Below are positions 63,171 through 64,000 of a stretch of DNA of 64,000 nt, in pieces; positions within the stretch are counted from its first letter, which is position 1; each line of letters starts with the position of its first letter. Below the pieces are notes generated by a model. It saw nothing but the letters and a program-made list of their open reading frames with translations. It had not been told where the DNA came from and did no database searches. The stretch is from Dicyema japonicum. Lineage: Eukaryota; Animalia; Dicyemida. The stretch is taken from the NCBI GenBank assembly GCA_011109175.1, contig RDEW01000034.1:212504-276503 (forward strand), in the 5' to 3' direction. A program made the position numbers and the translations under genes.

Positions 63171-63419
63171 AATAAAAATTAGTTATCAAGATAATTCAGA
63201 TTTTTCTAGTTGAATGTTGTAATTTTTAGTTAAAATCGGTAATATTTTCAAAACATAAAATAGCAAAAAACCAGTCAATATGAATAGAGTGTCATTTTAA
63301 TTAAATTTTATTATTCATAATTAACAAAAAACTTTATTAATATTTAAAAATAATAAAAAATGAAGACTTACCTATGACACATATTCTCAAATTATTACGA
63401 ATTTTCCCTAGACTCTAGG

Positions 63420-63530
63420 GAATCGGATTTCTGCACGAACAAGAGATCCCCGTGAGTTCAACTGGTTATTTGAGCGAATCTCGCTCGCCATCCTGAGAGG
63501 GAATAGTCACCAGATCAGGACGCCCGTTTG
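63420..63530 (+). mobile_element. CRE extreme 3' end
   Basis: RTRDPREFNWLFERISLAILRGNS. Confidence 0.7.
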
Positions 63531-64000
63531 ACTTTTGTTCATTCTATTTTGTCATTAGTAAAATTTTGTTTTAAAATTTATCAAATTCAAGCAGAAACGC
63601 CGTAAATAAATTATTCTTGATTGTGGCATTAATCCAATGTGGATCGAATCTATGAATATTGTAATGAATCATAACAAAGTGATCATTTACTATATTTTAG
63701 ATGTTATCTTTGCTTAGCAATGAGAAAATTTCATTAAAACTTCAATGCGAATGATCTTTGAAATTTTTAACCTCAAAACTACAACCCAACGACTGTCTCG
63801 AAAGCTGGGATCCAGTTTATTTACCCCGGTGACGTGGGGCGGTCTCCTAATGTGAACAGTTGGATCGAGGCTAGAGAGGTTCAGACCGAAAAGGCAAATC
63901 TGACAACTCTGTAATACAAATTTGTCCCGACTTATTTGGAAACACTGAGGACCCGATTCAAAAAGATAACCACAATCTCGGATATTGCACCCGTCCAGGT

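Noticed and set aside
63406-63420. Hairpin ccctagactctaggg as a Helitron 3' terminus
   Set aside because: No downstream CTRR at the expected distance, and it lies at the edge of a CRE fragment
1-64000. CRISPR array or prokaryotic operon
   Set aside because: No regularly spaced repeats with unique spacers; genes contain spliceosomal introns and eukaryotic LINEs dominate

Overview
AT-rich eukaryotic (animal) genomic DNA, mostly a graveyard of decayed transposons. It holds about 19 fragments (hand count) of CRE-clade restriction-like-endonuclease (RLE) non-LTR retrotransposons, plus RTE, CR1/L2, I/jockey-like and R4/Dong/NeSL-like LINE pieces, two kinds of hAT transposase relic and a probable integrase relic. 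These pieces are separated by short, extremely AT-rich islands. Five host protein genes are recognisable by hand translation; the ORF track misses them because they are broken by tiny GT-AG introns of 22-30 nt (18 mapped). Ornithine aminotransferase (OAT, 59923-61388, minus) is full length with 8 introns and three single-base lesions that could be assembly errors. The other four are a 5'-truncated MCAT and decayed, intron-retaining relics of NIPBL/Scc2, a SAMHD1-like HD dNTPase and a DNAH9/11/17-type axonemal dynein heavy chain. There is one canonical tRNA-Leu(UAG), a ~2.95 kb tandem duplication, and a cluster of 7 CACGTG palindromes within 0.9 kb. Metazoan-type proteins with 22-30 nt introns suggest a dicyemid mesozoan; this is inference, not verified. 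No CRISPR array, rRNA or prokaryotic system was seen. Homology calls rest on remembered motifs, not database searches, and transposon boundaries are approximate (about +/-50 bp).
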